Shown one piece after another: positions 49,593 to 57,390 of a stretch of DNA of 64,000 nt; the first letter of the stretch is position 1; the number at the start of each line of letters is the position of its first letter. The stretch is from positions 23,021 through 87,020 of IMG/VR virus record IMGVR_UViG_3300032173_000003; one strand, 5' to 3'. The notes beneath the pieces were generated by a model, which was not told the DNA's origin, ran no database searches, and worked only from the letters and a program-made list of their open reading frames with translations. Position numbers and translations under genes: made by a program. This stretch comes from a virus.

Positions 49593-50175
49593 TTATTCCG
49601 GGAGGAATCAATCCACAATCATGGACCATTCTTCCTGGGAAGGGAATGCCTCGTCGTCGGCACCAAACATCATGTACCGGTTGTAATCGGAGATTTCGCT
49701 GGAAGTCATTCCTTCGTAGGAATCACGCCCAGCCATCGTGTTGGCTCTGACTTGGGCAACGGCGGTGGCAGCGGTCACGGGGCTTCTCTTCGGGACCCCT
49801 CTATTGTAGCACAATTTATGGGCGGAACAACTGCCGTAGATGCTCCTTATGCTGCTCAACACGCTCCCGTCGCTCTGGGCTAAGGCCCTCGGTAAGGTCG
49901 GAGAATGGCCTAGCTACGTTCCCAGAATGCAAATTATTGAGGGCATCCTGCACTCCTTCACCACCGTAGGTGGGGTCAATGCAAAGATTTGTGGGAGTTC
50001 CTGGGCGAGTGAACAGCGATTCCAGTTTCTCTGAGATTTGCTTAATTTCTGAAGCGGCCAAGCCATTGTGACCTACTGCATCTAAGTAACCTTTCAGGTA
50101 GATGCAGAAGTCTTTAGCGGAGTCCAATTGGTTGAGGTTTAACATTTTGCTCAGGTAAAGTTTCAATGAGAAAGG

Positions 50176-50264
50176 CGGAAGAGATAGGATTTGAACCTAC
50201 GGAGCCGCTTGCACGACTCGGCTGCTTTCCAAGCAACTGCCATAAACCACTCGGCCACTCTTCC
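50176..50264 (-). tRNA. tRNA-Ser(GGA)
   Basis: Loop TTGGAAA, long variable arm. Confidence 0.95.
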
Positions 50265-50290
50265 TCAAACGGTTTTCGTAAGAAAACCAA

Positions 50291-50379
50291 CGGAGAGCCA
50301 GGGATTCGAACCCTGGGAGCCACTTTCGTGACTCAACAGTTTAGCAAACTGTCGCCTTCAGCCACTCGGCCAGCTCTCC
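50291..50379 (-). tRNA. tRNA-Ser(GCU)
   Basis: Loop TTGCTAA. Confidence 0.95.
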
Positions 50380-50449
50380 TCATTTTGTTACCTTATTATC
50401 ATAGCCCGGTTTCAGGCGAAAGTCAAGGGGGGTTACCCCATCAAAAGAA

Positions 50450-50534
50450 CGGAAAGGGTGGGATTTGAACCCACGGTGCCTTTCGACACGCTAGTTTTCA
50501 AGACTAGAGCCATAAACCACTCGACCACCTTTCC
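50450..50534 (-). tRNA. tRNA-Ser(UGA)
   Basis: Loop CTTGAAA. Confidence 0.95.
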
Positions 50535-50559
50535 ACAGTCAAAGTCCGCATTTGCGGAA

Positions 50560-50692
50560 AGCCCGATGTCAGATTTGAACTGACGACCTATCGCTTATTG
50601 CAACCAACAGGAATCGAACCTGAACAATGCCAACTGAGACATTGAGACCGCTGGGAACCAAGGCGAGTGCTCTACCACTGAGCTAATCGGGC
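50560..50692 (-). tRNA. tRNA-Thr(UGU) interrupted by 61-nt insert in the anticodon
   Basis: Removing 50598-50658 gives GCCCGAT..CTCGC-CTTGTAA-GCGAT..ATCGGGCT. Confidence 0.75.
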
Positions 50693-50723
50693 GCATCTTA
50701 TCTATGTTTTTCCATTAGGAAAA

Positions 50724-50797
50724 AGTTCCAAGCCGGATTTGAACCGGCGAATGCGAGTTTTGCAGACTCGTGCCTTAAACCTCTTGGCTACTGGAAC
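50724..50797 (-). tRNA. tRNA-Cys(GCA)
   Basis: Loop CTGCAAA. Confidence 0.95.
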
Positions 50798-50814
50798 ATT
50801 TGATGTTTTTTTTT

Positions 50815-51351
50815 TTAACCGGAATTGCACCCCCTTTGTATTCGTTTCCTAACAGCATTGTCACTTACCCCAAAAAGTCTTCCGGTACCAGTGTAACCGT
50901 TTTCCATTACTAACCTTTGAAGTTCAGTAATTGAAGGCCAGTTTACTATTTCCTTACTTTTTTGAGAACATTTGAGAGAACAAAATTTTTGACCCGTTGA
51001 GATAGACTTCCCACATTGTTTGCAAGGGTGTTTAGTTTTTTCCGGAATTTGTTTTTCCGTGTATTCTTCATTGAACCGGGTAATGCTATCGGGAACGAGT
51101 GTTATACCTGCATGAATCTCACGATGGCAGTTAGAACAAACACAGATACATTTCCTGAGTTCGTTGATAAACCTTTCTCTGCTTACGGTAGATGCAGAAG
51201 TAGCAAACTCTTTTACTGTTGGGTCAGTATGGTGAAACTCTAGTGCTTCGACGCATTTATAATACCCGCAAATTCCGCATTTGCTACCAAAAGCTTCTAC
51301 AGCTCATAGTTTCCGTCTTTGTCGAAACTGAACTACTTTTTTACCTGACAT
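50815..51351 (-). pseudogene. HNH endonuclease with in-frame TGA at codon 16
   Basis: MSGKKVVQFRQRRKL*AVEAFGSKCGICGY..ALEFHH..KCICVCSNCHREIH..CKQCG..FCS; absent from the ORF track. Confidence 0.8.
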
Positions 51352-51403
51352 TTTGCTTAAAAACTGTTACATAAACTATACTATATTGTACTATAGTATA
51401 AAA

Positions 51404-51476
51404 CTCCCACCCTAGGTACCGCCCCTAGCAATCTCTGGTTAACAGCCAGGCCCGTTCACTTGCTCGGTCGGTGGGA
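51404..51476 (-). tRNA. tRNA-Asn(GUU), atypical D and T loops
   Basis: Loop CTGTTAA; T loop GGCGGTA. Confidence 0.8.
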
Positions 51477-51661
51477 ATTCACCCCGCCAGAGCATACTGG
51501 CGAGGTCAGGTGAGAGCGCGACTCCCACACTTATCCTTATTTTAACGTTGATACAGACTAGTAACGGGCTCATATCGGTCAAAGCCAGACGCTGGCAGGG
51601 TGCGCATTGCCAGGTTTTCACAGAGTGAAAACAATGACCCTTTTTCTAGATCGGGGTCAAA

Positions 51662-51733
51662 TACTCCGCTCCGGATTTGAACCGAAGACATCCCACTTGT
51701 AAGGAGGGCGCTCTACCACTGAGCTAGCGGAGC
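51662..51733 (-). tRNA. tRNA-Val(UAC)
   Basis: Loop CTTACAA. Confidence 0.9.
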
Positions 51734-51792
51734 TTAAAATTCAGGACCAACGGATGGATAGTTGCTCCAGGTGTTTTGCGTTAGCAAAACAA

Positions 51793-51866
51793 TGGCGAAC
51801 CGGGGAATCGAACCCCTATTCCTCCAGCTTATGAGGCTGGCGTGACTACCGTTACACTCGCTCGCG
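51793..51866 (-). tRNA. tRNA-Met(CAU), Met/fMet/Ile2 class uncertain
   Basis: Loop CTCATAA; C1 mismatch. Confidence 0.8.
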
Positions 51867-51895
51867 TCGTTGTAAGTTTTGCGCTAGCAAAACAA

Positions 51896-51967
51896 TGGCG
51901 GAAGCTGGATTTGCACCAGCGATCTTCAGGGTATGAACCTGACGAGATACTACTTCTCTACTCCGCG
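51896..51967 (-). tRNA. tRNA-fMet(CAU)-like
   Basis: CGCGGAG 5' end, C1 mismatch, loop TTCATAC. Confidence 0.85.
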
Positions 51968-51987
51968 ATGAGTTTGCCCGAGGGCAA

Positions 51988-52095
51988 TGAGTATGGACAG
52001 GATTTGAACCTGCGATGCCAGAGGCGACTGTTGTACATACAGTCCACTATACCCGAGAACCGTGTACACAATTCCTGTCTCAGTGAGACATACTC
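51988..52095 (-). ncRNA. aberrant tRNA-Tyr-like RNA with expanded D region
   Basis: GAGTATG/CATACTC acceptor, GACTGT-ATGTACA-ACAGTC arm, variable arm, TTCAAAT T loop. Confidence 0.55.
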
Positions 52096-52118
52096 GTGAA
52101 GTTTCCGTTAGGAAACAA

Positions 52119-52192
52119 TCGGAATGACAGGATTCGAACCTGCGACCTCTCGCTCCCAAAGCGAATGCTCTACCAAACTGAGCTACATTCCG
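52119..52192 (-). tRNA. tRNA-Pro(UGG)
   Basis: Loop TTTGGGA. Confidence 0.95.
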
Positions 52193-52223
52193 TTTTTAAC
52201 TGTGTCAAACCTTGAGGTTTGAA

Positions 52224-52298
52224 TGGACCTGACAGGATTTGAACCTGCGACCTTCTGCTTGCAGGGCAGACACTCTGGCCAGACTGAGTTACAAGCCC
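52224..52298 (-). tRNA. tRNA-Ala(UGC)
   Basis: G3-U70, loop CCTGCAA. Confidence 0.9.
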
Positions 52299-52330
52299 GT
52301 TATCTAAAATGTCAAACCGTAAGGTTTGAA

Positions 52331-52413
52331 TGGGAGCGGTAGGATTCGAACCTACGAAGCATTAAGCAACCGGGTTACAGCCGGTCTCCTTTGACCACTC
52401 GGAGAACACTCCC
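52331..52413 (-). tRNA. tRNA-Tyr(GUA)
   Basis: Loop CTGTAAC. Confidence 0.92.
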
Positions 52414-52433
52414 ATATTGAACTGTGTTTGAAC

Positions 52434-52517
52434 AAGGTGAGTTTTGTATTTTTTGCAAGCGCAAAAAGTTGGAATCGAACCAACAGTATCCAGTATAGGA
52501 TGTTGCTGCCTCACCTT
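52434..52517 (-). ncRNA. stem-CAGCAA RNA with T arm (paralog of 14048-14132)
   Basis: AAGGTGAG-GCAGCAA..GTTGG-TTCGATT-CCAAC..AAAA-CTCACCTT. Confidence 0.65.
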
Positions 52518-52535
52518 ATGGTTTCATAATTTAGC

Positions 52536-52588
52536 AAGATGGTTGTTTTTCTACCAAAAAGAAAGGTTTTAGATTGCTGAACCATCTT
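52536..52588 (-). ncRNA. stem-CAGCAA RNA (paralog of 14325-14375)
   Basis: AAGATGGTT-CAGCAA..TTTCT-TTTTGGT-AGAAA..AACCATCTT. Confidence 0.65.
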
Positions 52589-52625
52589 TGAAATGCTATC
52601 GCATTTCTTTTCCGTTAGGAAAAGA

Positions 52626-52697
52626 TGGGAGATCCCAGAATCGAACTGGGCACTCACGGGCTTCAACCGTGCGCTTTACCATTCAAGCTCATCCCCC
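52626..52697 (-). tRNA. tRNA-Phe(GAA)
   Basis: Loop TTGAAGC. Confidence 0.9.
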
Positions 52698-52737
52698 CAA
52701 CTTGTAAAGTATGCCTCAGGGTAAACCCTGTGACAAA

Positions 52738-52805
52738 TAGACCGCACGGGGTTCGAACCCGCAACCTTCACCGCAGTGATGCTCTGCCAATTGAGCTAAC
52801 GGTCA
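52738..52805 (-). ncRNA. tRNA-like RNA with tetraloop instead of anticodon loop
   Basis: Normal D and T arms; TCAC-TGCG-GTGA. Confidence 0.65.
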
Positions 52806-52934
52806 GTTCCCTCCTTATAAAAACCTGCAAGTTCCTTTAAAGAGGGGGTCAAGTAGTTGCAGCCACTCCACCTAAGGACTCGCACCTTTGTTGCCACTGG
52901 TCTCCCATGGCTTTGGGTCTCCCCGTAGGGGAAA

Positions 52935-53008
52935 CGACCTTGAGGGGATTTGAACCCCCGATCTCTGCCGTGACAGGGCAGCGCTTTCGACCGCTAAGCT
53001 ACAAGGTC
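52935..53008 (-). tRNA. tRNA-Asp(GUC)
   Basis: Loop CTGTCAC. Confidence 0.95.
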
Positions 53009-53270
53009 AGCTGCCCCCGAGGGGGCTGCCAGGGAACCACTCCTGGACTTTTGCTGGGCTATAGACCTCACCCATAGTGAATTGTCGGCCATATCGGGTA
53101 AATCACCAACCCTGCATCCGGGTTGACGCACCGGAAACCTCAACTTAATGGAGGAACGTCTGTTTCTTCCTGGTTAGGTGGCTAGCAGGGCCTTTTCCCG
53201 AGGGAAAAACTTCTATACTGGTTCACTTCTGGTCCCGAAGAACCGCACTAGCAAACCTGCTGGAAGCAAG

Positions 53271-53344
53271 CACCCAATGAGGGATTCGAACCCCCGCAAA
53301 ACCTACGTCCGTAGCGTAGTGCTCTTCCACTGAGCTAATTGGGC
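53271..53344 (-). tRNA. tRNA-Arg(ACG)
   Basis: Loop CTACGGA. Confidence 0.92.
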
Positions 53345-53537
53345 ATGGTGTAAATTGTCAAGTTTCTGGTCAAGTGTCTCGGCTCTTGTCGTGGGAAATT
53401 GACACAGCAGGAATCAAACCGAAGTCAGCACCCGAGACTGGAAGCTCCCACGGGAACATCCCTCAACCTGTCATTATTATAGCGTTTCTGCGGGGCAGAA
53501 ACAAGTCGGAAAACCGAACCGTTTGCTGGGCAAACGA

Positions 53538-53610
53538 CACGTGGTGAGGGCAACGATCCCCCAACCTCAGGTTTTGGAGACCTGCGCTCTGCCAATTGAG
53601 CTAACCACGT
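53538..53610 (-). tRNA. tRNA-Trp(CCA)
   Basis: Loop CTCCAAA; atypical T loop ATCGTTG. Confidence 0.88.
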
Positions 53611-53644
53611 ATTTGTGCTTATTGGTTTTATCCCGAAGGATAAA

Positions 53645-53716
53645 AGCGGGAGACGTGATTCGAACACGCGACTTTCTACTTGGAAGGAAGACACTCTACC
53701 ACTGAGTTACACCCGC
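53645..53716 (-). tRNA. tRNA-Gly(UCC)
   Basis: Loop CTTCCAA. Confidence 0.92.
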
Positions 53717-53736
53717 ATTCTTTTGCATTAGCAAAA

Positions 53737-53811
53737 GTGGGAAGGACGGGAATCGAACCCGCTAATCACTGGTTCACAACCAGTCGCCTAACCATTCGGC
53801 TTCCGACCCCA
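53737..53811 (-). tRNA. tRNA-His(GUG), irregular acceptor stem
   Basis: Loop TTGTGAA; TGGGGTCGG/CCTTCCCA. Confidence 0.85.
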
Positions 53812-53840
53812 TGCTCTGATAATAGTAAAACTAAATGACC

Positions 53841-53890
53841 ACGATGATTGTTTTTCCGATAGTTAAGGGAGTTAATTGCTGAATCATCAT
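53841..53890 (-). ncRNA. stem-CAGCAA RNA with its own promoter
   Basis: ATGATGATT-CAGCAA..AAAAAC-AATCATCGT; TGcTACAAT just upstream. Confidence 0.6.
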
Positions 53891-53937
53891 ATCTATTGTA
53901 GCAACATTTACAAAAAGTAAATGCTGACACCAACTTG

Positions 53938-54055
53938 AAACCAAGGTTGGACTTGAACCAACGGCTTGCTTTACCCTCCGGCATTACGGTCCTTTACCGA
54001 GGCTCTCTTAGAAAGCCTGAGGAGGTTGCTGCTCTACCAACTGAGCTACTTGGCT
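53938..54055 (-). ncRNA. tRNA-like RNA with multi-hairpin domain replacing the anticodon arm
   Basis: AGCCAAG/CTTGGTT acceptor, intact D and T arms; CCTCC/GGAGG enclosing two hairpins. Confidence 0.65.
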
Positions 54056-54063
54056 TATCTCAA

Positions 54064-54657
54064 CTACCACGCTCTAAGCCGCATGGCAGGCAAATTATCA
54101 ATTTGACCAGCCCCCATTGTTAGTGACAACTTTAGTGTGCGATGGCGCAATACATGCTTCATCACCCACCCTTGCCGCAGGTATCGGTCTTGAGTTCCAA
54201 CCGGCAGCGTATCAAAATCGCGAATTGTTCCACGGCACAGCGCAGAGCCACACTGACAGTCTTTCATTTCCCAATGCCGTTCCAGCATTGTTGTGCTGTA
54301 GTCGATGACTAATTCCTCGTCAGCTTCAATACGCCGAGCAGCTACTAGCCATAGATCAGAGTTTATGTAGCAGTTTGGATGGCAGGAGTGATTGGTGTAC
54401 AGACCTGGAGCTTCGGGATTGAGGTACAAGTCCTCTCCAATTTGAAGCGTATTAGCTTCGTCGTCTATCTGGCACTGCTCATTGAAGCTCAGGCGTTCAC
54501 CTTCAAACTTCAGAAGCAATTCCCCCTTAGGCACTGGTGCCACGGCGAATATGCCACGACCCAAGCGGCACTTTCTGACTTGGACGCAGGGGAAACGCTT
54601 TCCGTGTGCTACATTGATCAATAATGCTTGCTCATCGTCCACGTGGATATCCCCCAA
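54064..54657 (-). CDS. SET-domain (post-SET) methyltransferase
   Basis: GRGIFA, YTNHSCHPN, EELVIDY, CQCGSALCRG. Confidence 0.9.
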   Translation of the reverse strand: MGDIHVDDEQALLINVAHGKRFPCVQVRKCRLGRGIFAVAPVPKGELLLKFEGERLSFNEQCQIDDEANTLQIGEDLYLNPEAPGLYTNHSCHPNCYINSDLWLVAARRIEADEELVIDYSTTMLERHWEMKDCQCGSALCRGTIRDFDTLPVGTQDRYLRQGWVMKHVLRHRTLKLSLTMGAGQIDNLPAMRLRAW

Positions 54658-54768
54658 AACTAAGCCGCTGAATCATCATACCTATTTTAGCAACATTTAC
54701 AAAAAGTAAATACCAACTGAGCTACTTGGATTCTCTCAACTACCACAGGTTTAAACAACTGTGGCAAA

Positions 54769-54849
54769 TACCCACCGGGGGACTCGAACCCCCACGCCTT
54801 GCGGCACTGGAACCTAAACCCAGCGCGGCTACCATTACGCCAGGTGGGC
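54769..54849 (-). tRNA. tRNA-Leu(UAG)
   Basis: Loop TTTAGGT. Confidence 0.95.
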
Positions 54850-54871
54850 TAACTTTTTGCCGAAGCAAAAA

Positions 54872-54944
54872 TGGGTTTGGTGGGCCTCGAACCCACAACT
54901 TTCCGGGTAAGAGCCGGATACTCTTCCAATTGAGTTACAAACCC
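54872..54944 (-). tRNA. tRNA-Lys(CUU)
   Basis: Loop CTCTTAC. Confidence 0.92.
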
Positions 54945-55010
54945 GCGCCCCCATCTTAGAAAGAACTATGTCAGGTGCTGGGGTAACCTAAGTCTTCCTG
55001 AGGAAGACAG

Positions 55011-55083
55011 TGGGAACGGCCCGATTTGAACAGGCGACCTATCGGTTATCAACCGATTGCTCTTACCGCTGAGCTACGCTCCC
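55011..55083 (-). tRNA. tRNA-Ile(GAU)
   Basis: Loop TTGATAA. Confidence 0.92.
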
Positions 55084-55111
55084 TTTGTCAACTTCGCACT
55101 TTGCGAAGCAA

Positions 55112-55195
55112 AACCCTTACCAGGGGTCGAACCTGGGTCTCCGCCATCCGGTTTCAAGCCGGGTAGGCAGCGAGTTACCACTTCTCTATAAGGGA
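55112..55195 (-). ncRNA. tRNA-like RNA with double-length anticodon stem (loop CTTGAAA)
   Basis: CTGCC-T-ACCCGG-CTTGAAA-CCGGAT-GGCGG. Confidence 0.6.
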
Positions 55196-55286
55196 CTCAC
55201 TCTTTATTCTGGGGTCGGTCTACCCCTAAGTAAACTACCAGAATCCGAATGAGATGGATTTGAGGTATTAGGGCACCTCGCACCAA

Positions 55287-55358
55287 TGGGACATCTCGGA
55301 TTTGAACCGAGGACTAATCGGTTAAAAGCCGAATACTCTACCGCTGAGTTAATGTCCC
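55287..55358 (-). tRNA. tRNA-Lys(UUU)
   Basis: Loop CTTTTAA. Confidence 0.95.
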
Positions 55359-55389
55359 GTTATCAACAAAGATTTCGTTAGAAATCTAA

Positions 55390-55465
55390 TGGATCGCTAA
55401 GAAATTGAACCTTAGAACAACATAACCAATTGGGCGCCTAAGTTAAGTTGCTAACCATTCGACCC
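55390..55465 (-). ncRNA. D-armless tRNA-like RNA with G3-U70
   Basis: GGGTCG/CGATCC-A, long irregular stem, CTAAGG-TTCAATT-TCTTAG. Confidence 0.55.
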
Positions 55466-55720
55466 GTAGGTTGTTGCCAGGGTAGCCAACCCCGGCGAGC
55501 ACCCTGTGTACACAGGGCTAAGTGTCCCACCTTACGGCGGGCACGGGAGGCAATCCCCGTGGCTTTAGCAAGCTAAAGACTCAATCTCATGGTTTCAGAG
55601 AAACCAGAGCAACGATAGTTGGTCTACCCTTTTTACCACCCCAGACTACGGAAACCAACAAATGGCATCTGAGGATGAGCCACTGGCGCTCCGGTTTATC
55701 TTTCCGGCGCTAGGTGGCAA

Positions 55721-55789
55721 TGGGGGAGGCAGGATTCGAACCTGCAATGAGTACTCTGCGATGGGCTTTACCAATTTGCCTACTCCCCC
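55721..55789 (-). ncRNA. tRNA-like RNA lacking a canonical anticodon arm
   Basis: GGGGGAG/CTCCCCC, D arm GGC/GCC, perfect T arm. Confidence 0.6.
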
Positions 55790-55879
55790 GGTGTCCATTT
55801 TGTGCTAGGGTGGACACACCCCACTTGCCTTGCGATTAAACCGTACCAGGGTTAGCCGGTGGGTTAATCTTGGGGCAAA

Positions 55880-55950
55880 TTGACACGGCAGGAGTCGAAC
55901 CTGCTACCGCTGACTTTTACGCCTCAGCTCTACCGATGAGCTACGTGTCG
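55880..55950 (-). ncRNA. tRNA-like RNA with non-canonical anticodon arm
   Basis: GACACG/CGTGTC, D and T arms intact, TGA-GGCGTAAAAG-TCA. Confidence 0.55.
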
Positions 55951-56119
55951 CTTTCGTAAAACGAAAGGGATCGCTCTGTCTTCCTAAGCATAAGAAGCTA
56001 AGCAATCCTGGGGACATCGAACCCCTTGCGAAGTTTCACCGGCAACCTTAAGGCTGCGAGTGCTTTTGCGTTAGCAAAAGTTCCTTACACTGCTTCGACA
56101 GTGTTTACCCTGCGGCAAA

Positions 56120-56193
56120 TATTCCAGACGGGATTCGAACCCGCGATTTCTTGCTTGAAAGGCAAGTGACTTAGACCGCTTGTCCACTGGAAC
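56120..56193 (-). tRNA. tRNA-Glu(UUC)
   Basis: Loop CTTTCAA. Confidence 0.93.
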
Positions 56194-56297
56194 TTATTCC
56201 CGTGGAAAACCACGGGTTTAGATTTTCAAGTTTCTTAGTGAGTCAACCCCACCGTTTACCTATTGTAGCTTGCCGAAGCAATTAGTAAACGTCGAGG

Positions 56298-56564
56298 TCA
56301 GACCATACGGTTCATAGCCTCGTGGAGCTTGAAACCGTCTAGGCGCAACCTGTGAAACTTCATAGCTTCGCACCAGAGTTGTGGGCGGTTGTACTGGGGG
56401 ATTCGCTCAGTGCCTACGTAGGCAAAGTCCTTATCCAGGTTGCCATAACGGCCAGCCTCAAGCTCTTGGGTGAGCCATTGCAGCCGCTCTTGCTTCCACT
56501 CAGTGTCCGGCCATTGCTCCTCCTCTTGCAGGCAGAGCCGCTCAATTGTTGTTGTGGTTATCAT
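56298..56564 (-). CDS. hypothetical protein
   Basis: 88 aa ORF. Confidence 0.55.
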   Translation of the reverse strand: MITTTTIERLCLQEEEQWPDTEWKQERLQWLTQELEAGRYGNLDKDFAYVGTERIPQYNRPQLWCEAMKFHRLRLDGFKLHEAMNRMV

Positions 56565-56571
56565 CGCCGTG

Positions 56572-56826
56572 TCAATTACCTGTATTTAGGAAGGCCACAA
56601 GCTCTTGCAACGTCTCGTTAACGTGAGCGAGGGAGCCCACGTGGCCCCAGTTAATGGCTACGTCGCCGTCAGGGGAGGGAGCGTTCTCCAGGCGCATTTG
56701 AAGTTGGCTCAGAAGGTGCATGGCTTCAGCGTGTTGCCTGGTGTAGGCTTCTTCGGCTTTGGTCACGGTTTCAGTGAGAGTGCTATACCCCTTTATTGTA
56801 TCACAGATTCCGGGTGCTGTCAACAT
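56572..56826 (-). CDS. conserved phage hypothetical protein
   Basis: INWGHVGSLAHV motif. Confidence 0.65.
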   Translation of the reverse strand: MLTAPGICDTIKGYSTLTETVTKAEEAYTRQHAEAMHLLSQLQMRLENAPSPDGDVAINWGHVGSLAHVNETLQELVAFLNTGN

Positions 56827-57102
56827 GTGTTCCTCAGAAGAGGTTGGCCCATTCTAACAGGTCCGCCCGATTGCACATAGCCATGCAAGACCATTCAGGC
56901 TCAGACCACTCAGGATTTCCCTTGGCATGGATACCGTAGAGACCTTTGCAGAGCTTGGTGACCCTAACCCTATCGTGGGTGCTGAACCGGTCGATGACTT
57001 GTTTGACGGTGGTGAAGGTCATGGTTTTAGGTGGGTGGGGGCTCCGCCCGTTACATAACAATGATACTCCTTTGTGTCAGGGGTGTCAACCCCCCCTGGG
57101 AT

Positions 57103-57366
57103 TCAGCTCAAGGCATGGCGCCGCATTAGTACGCTGACAGCGCTGCGGACGGAACCCGTCAGGTATTCCAACAGGTGCTCCGCATCTGGGTCGGTAACCT
57201 CAGCGAGGGCATCGTCGGTCGTGATCCCATAGTGGCGGGCAATGTTACTCAGTACATCCCGGCGGGTGGTAACGTCGGTAGCGGAAAGGAAAATGGCGTT
57301 TTTCTGGGAAGCGGTCATTGCCTTGGAGCGGTGCGGGCTAACCCGCTTACTTGCATATTGTACCAC
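57103..57366 (-). CDS. hypothetical protein
   Basis: NIARHYGIT..EV...AEHLLEY. Confidence 0.6.
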   Translation of the reverse strand: MVQYASKRVSPHRSKAMTASQKNAIFLSATDVTTRRDVLSNIARHYGITTDDALAEVTDPDAEHLLEYLTGSVRSAVSVLMRRHALS

Positions 57367-57390
57367 CTTTGGCGAGGGGGCGCAACCCCT

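Noticed and set aside
25550-51351. Stop-codon recoding suggested by in-frame stops in two endonuclease genes
   Set aside because: The stops are mixed (TAG, TAA, TGA) with frameshifts, other genes read cleanly in code 11, and no canonical suppressor tRNA is present.
53396-53424. Fragment resembling the 3' end of the tRNA-like RNA at 55880
   Set aside because: Short and degenerate with no matching 5' half; likely a remnant.
53965-54030. Twister-like ribozyme in the tRNA insert (TAATGCC..GGAGGG)
   Set aside because: The required pseudoknots and conserved core could not be fitted by eye.
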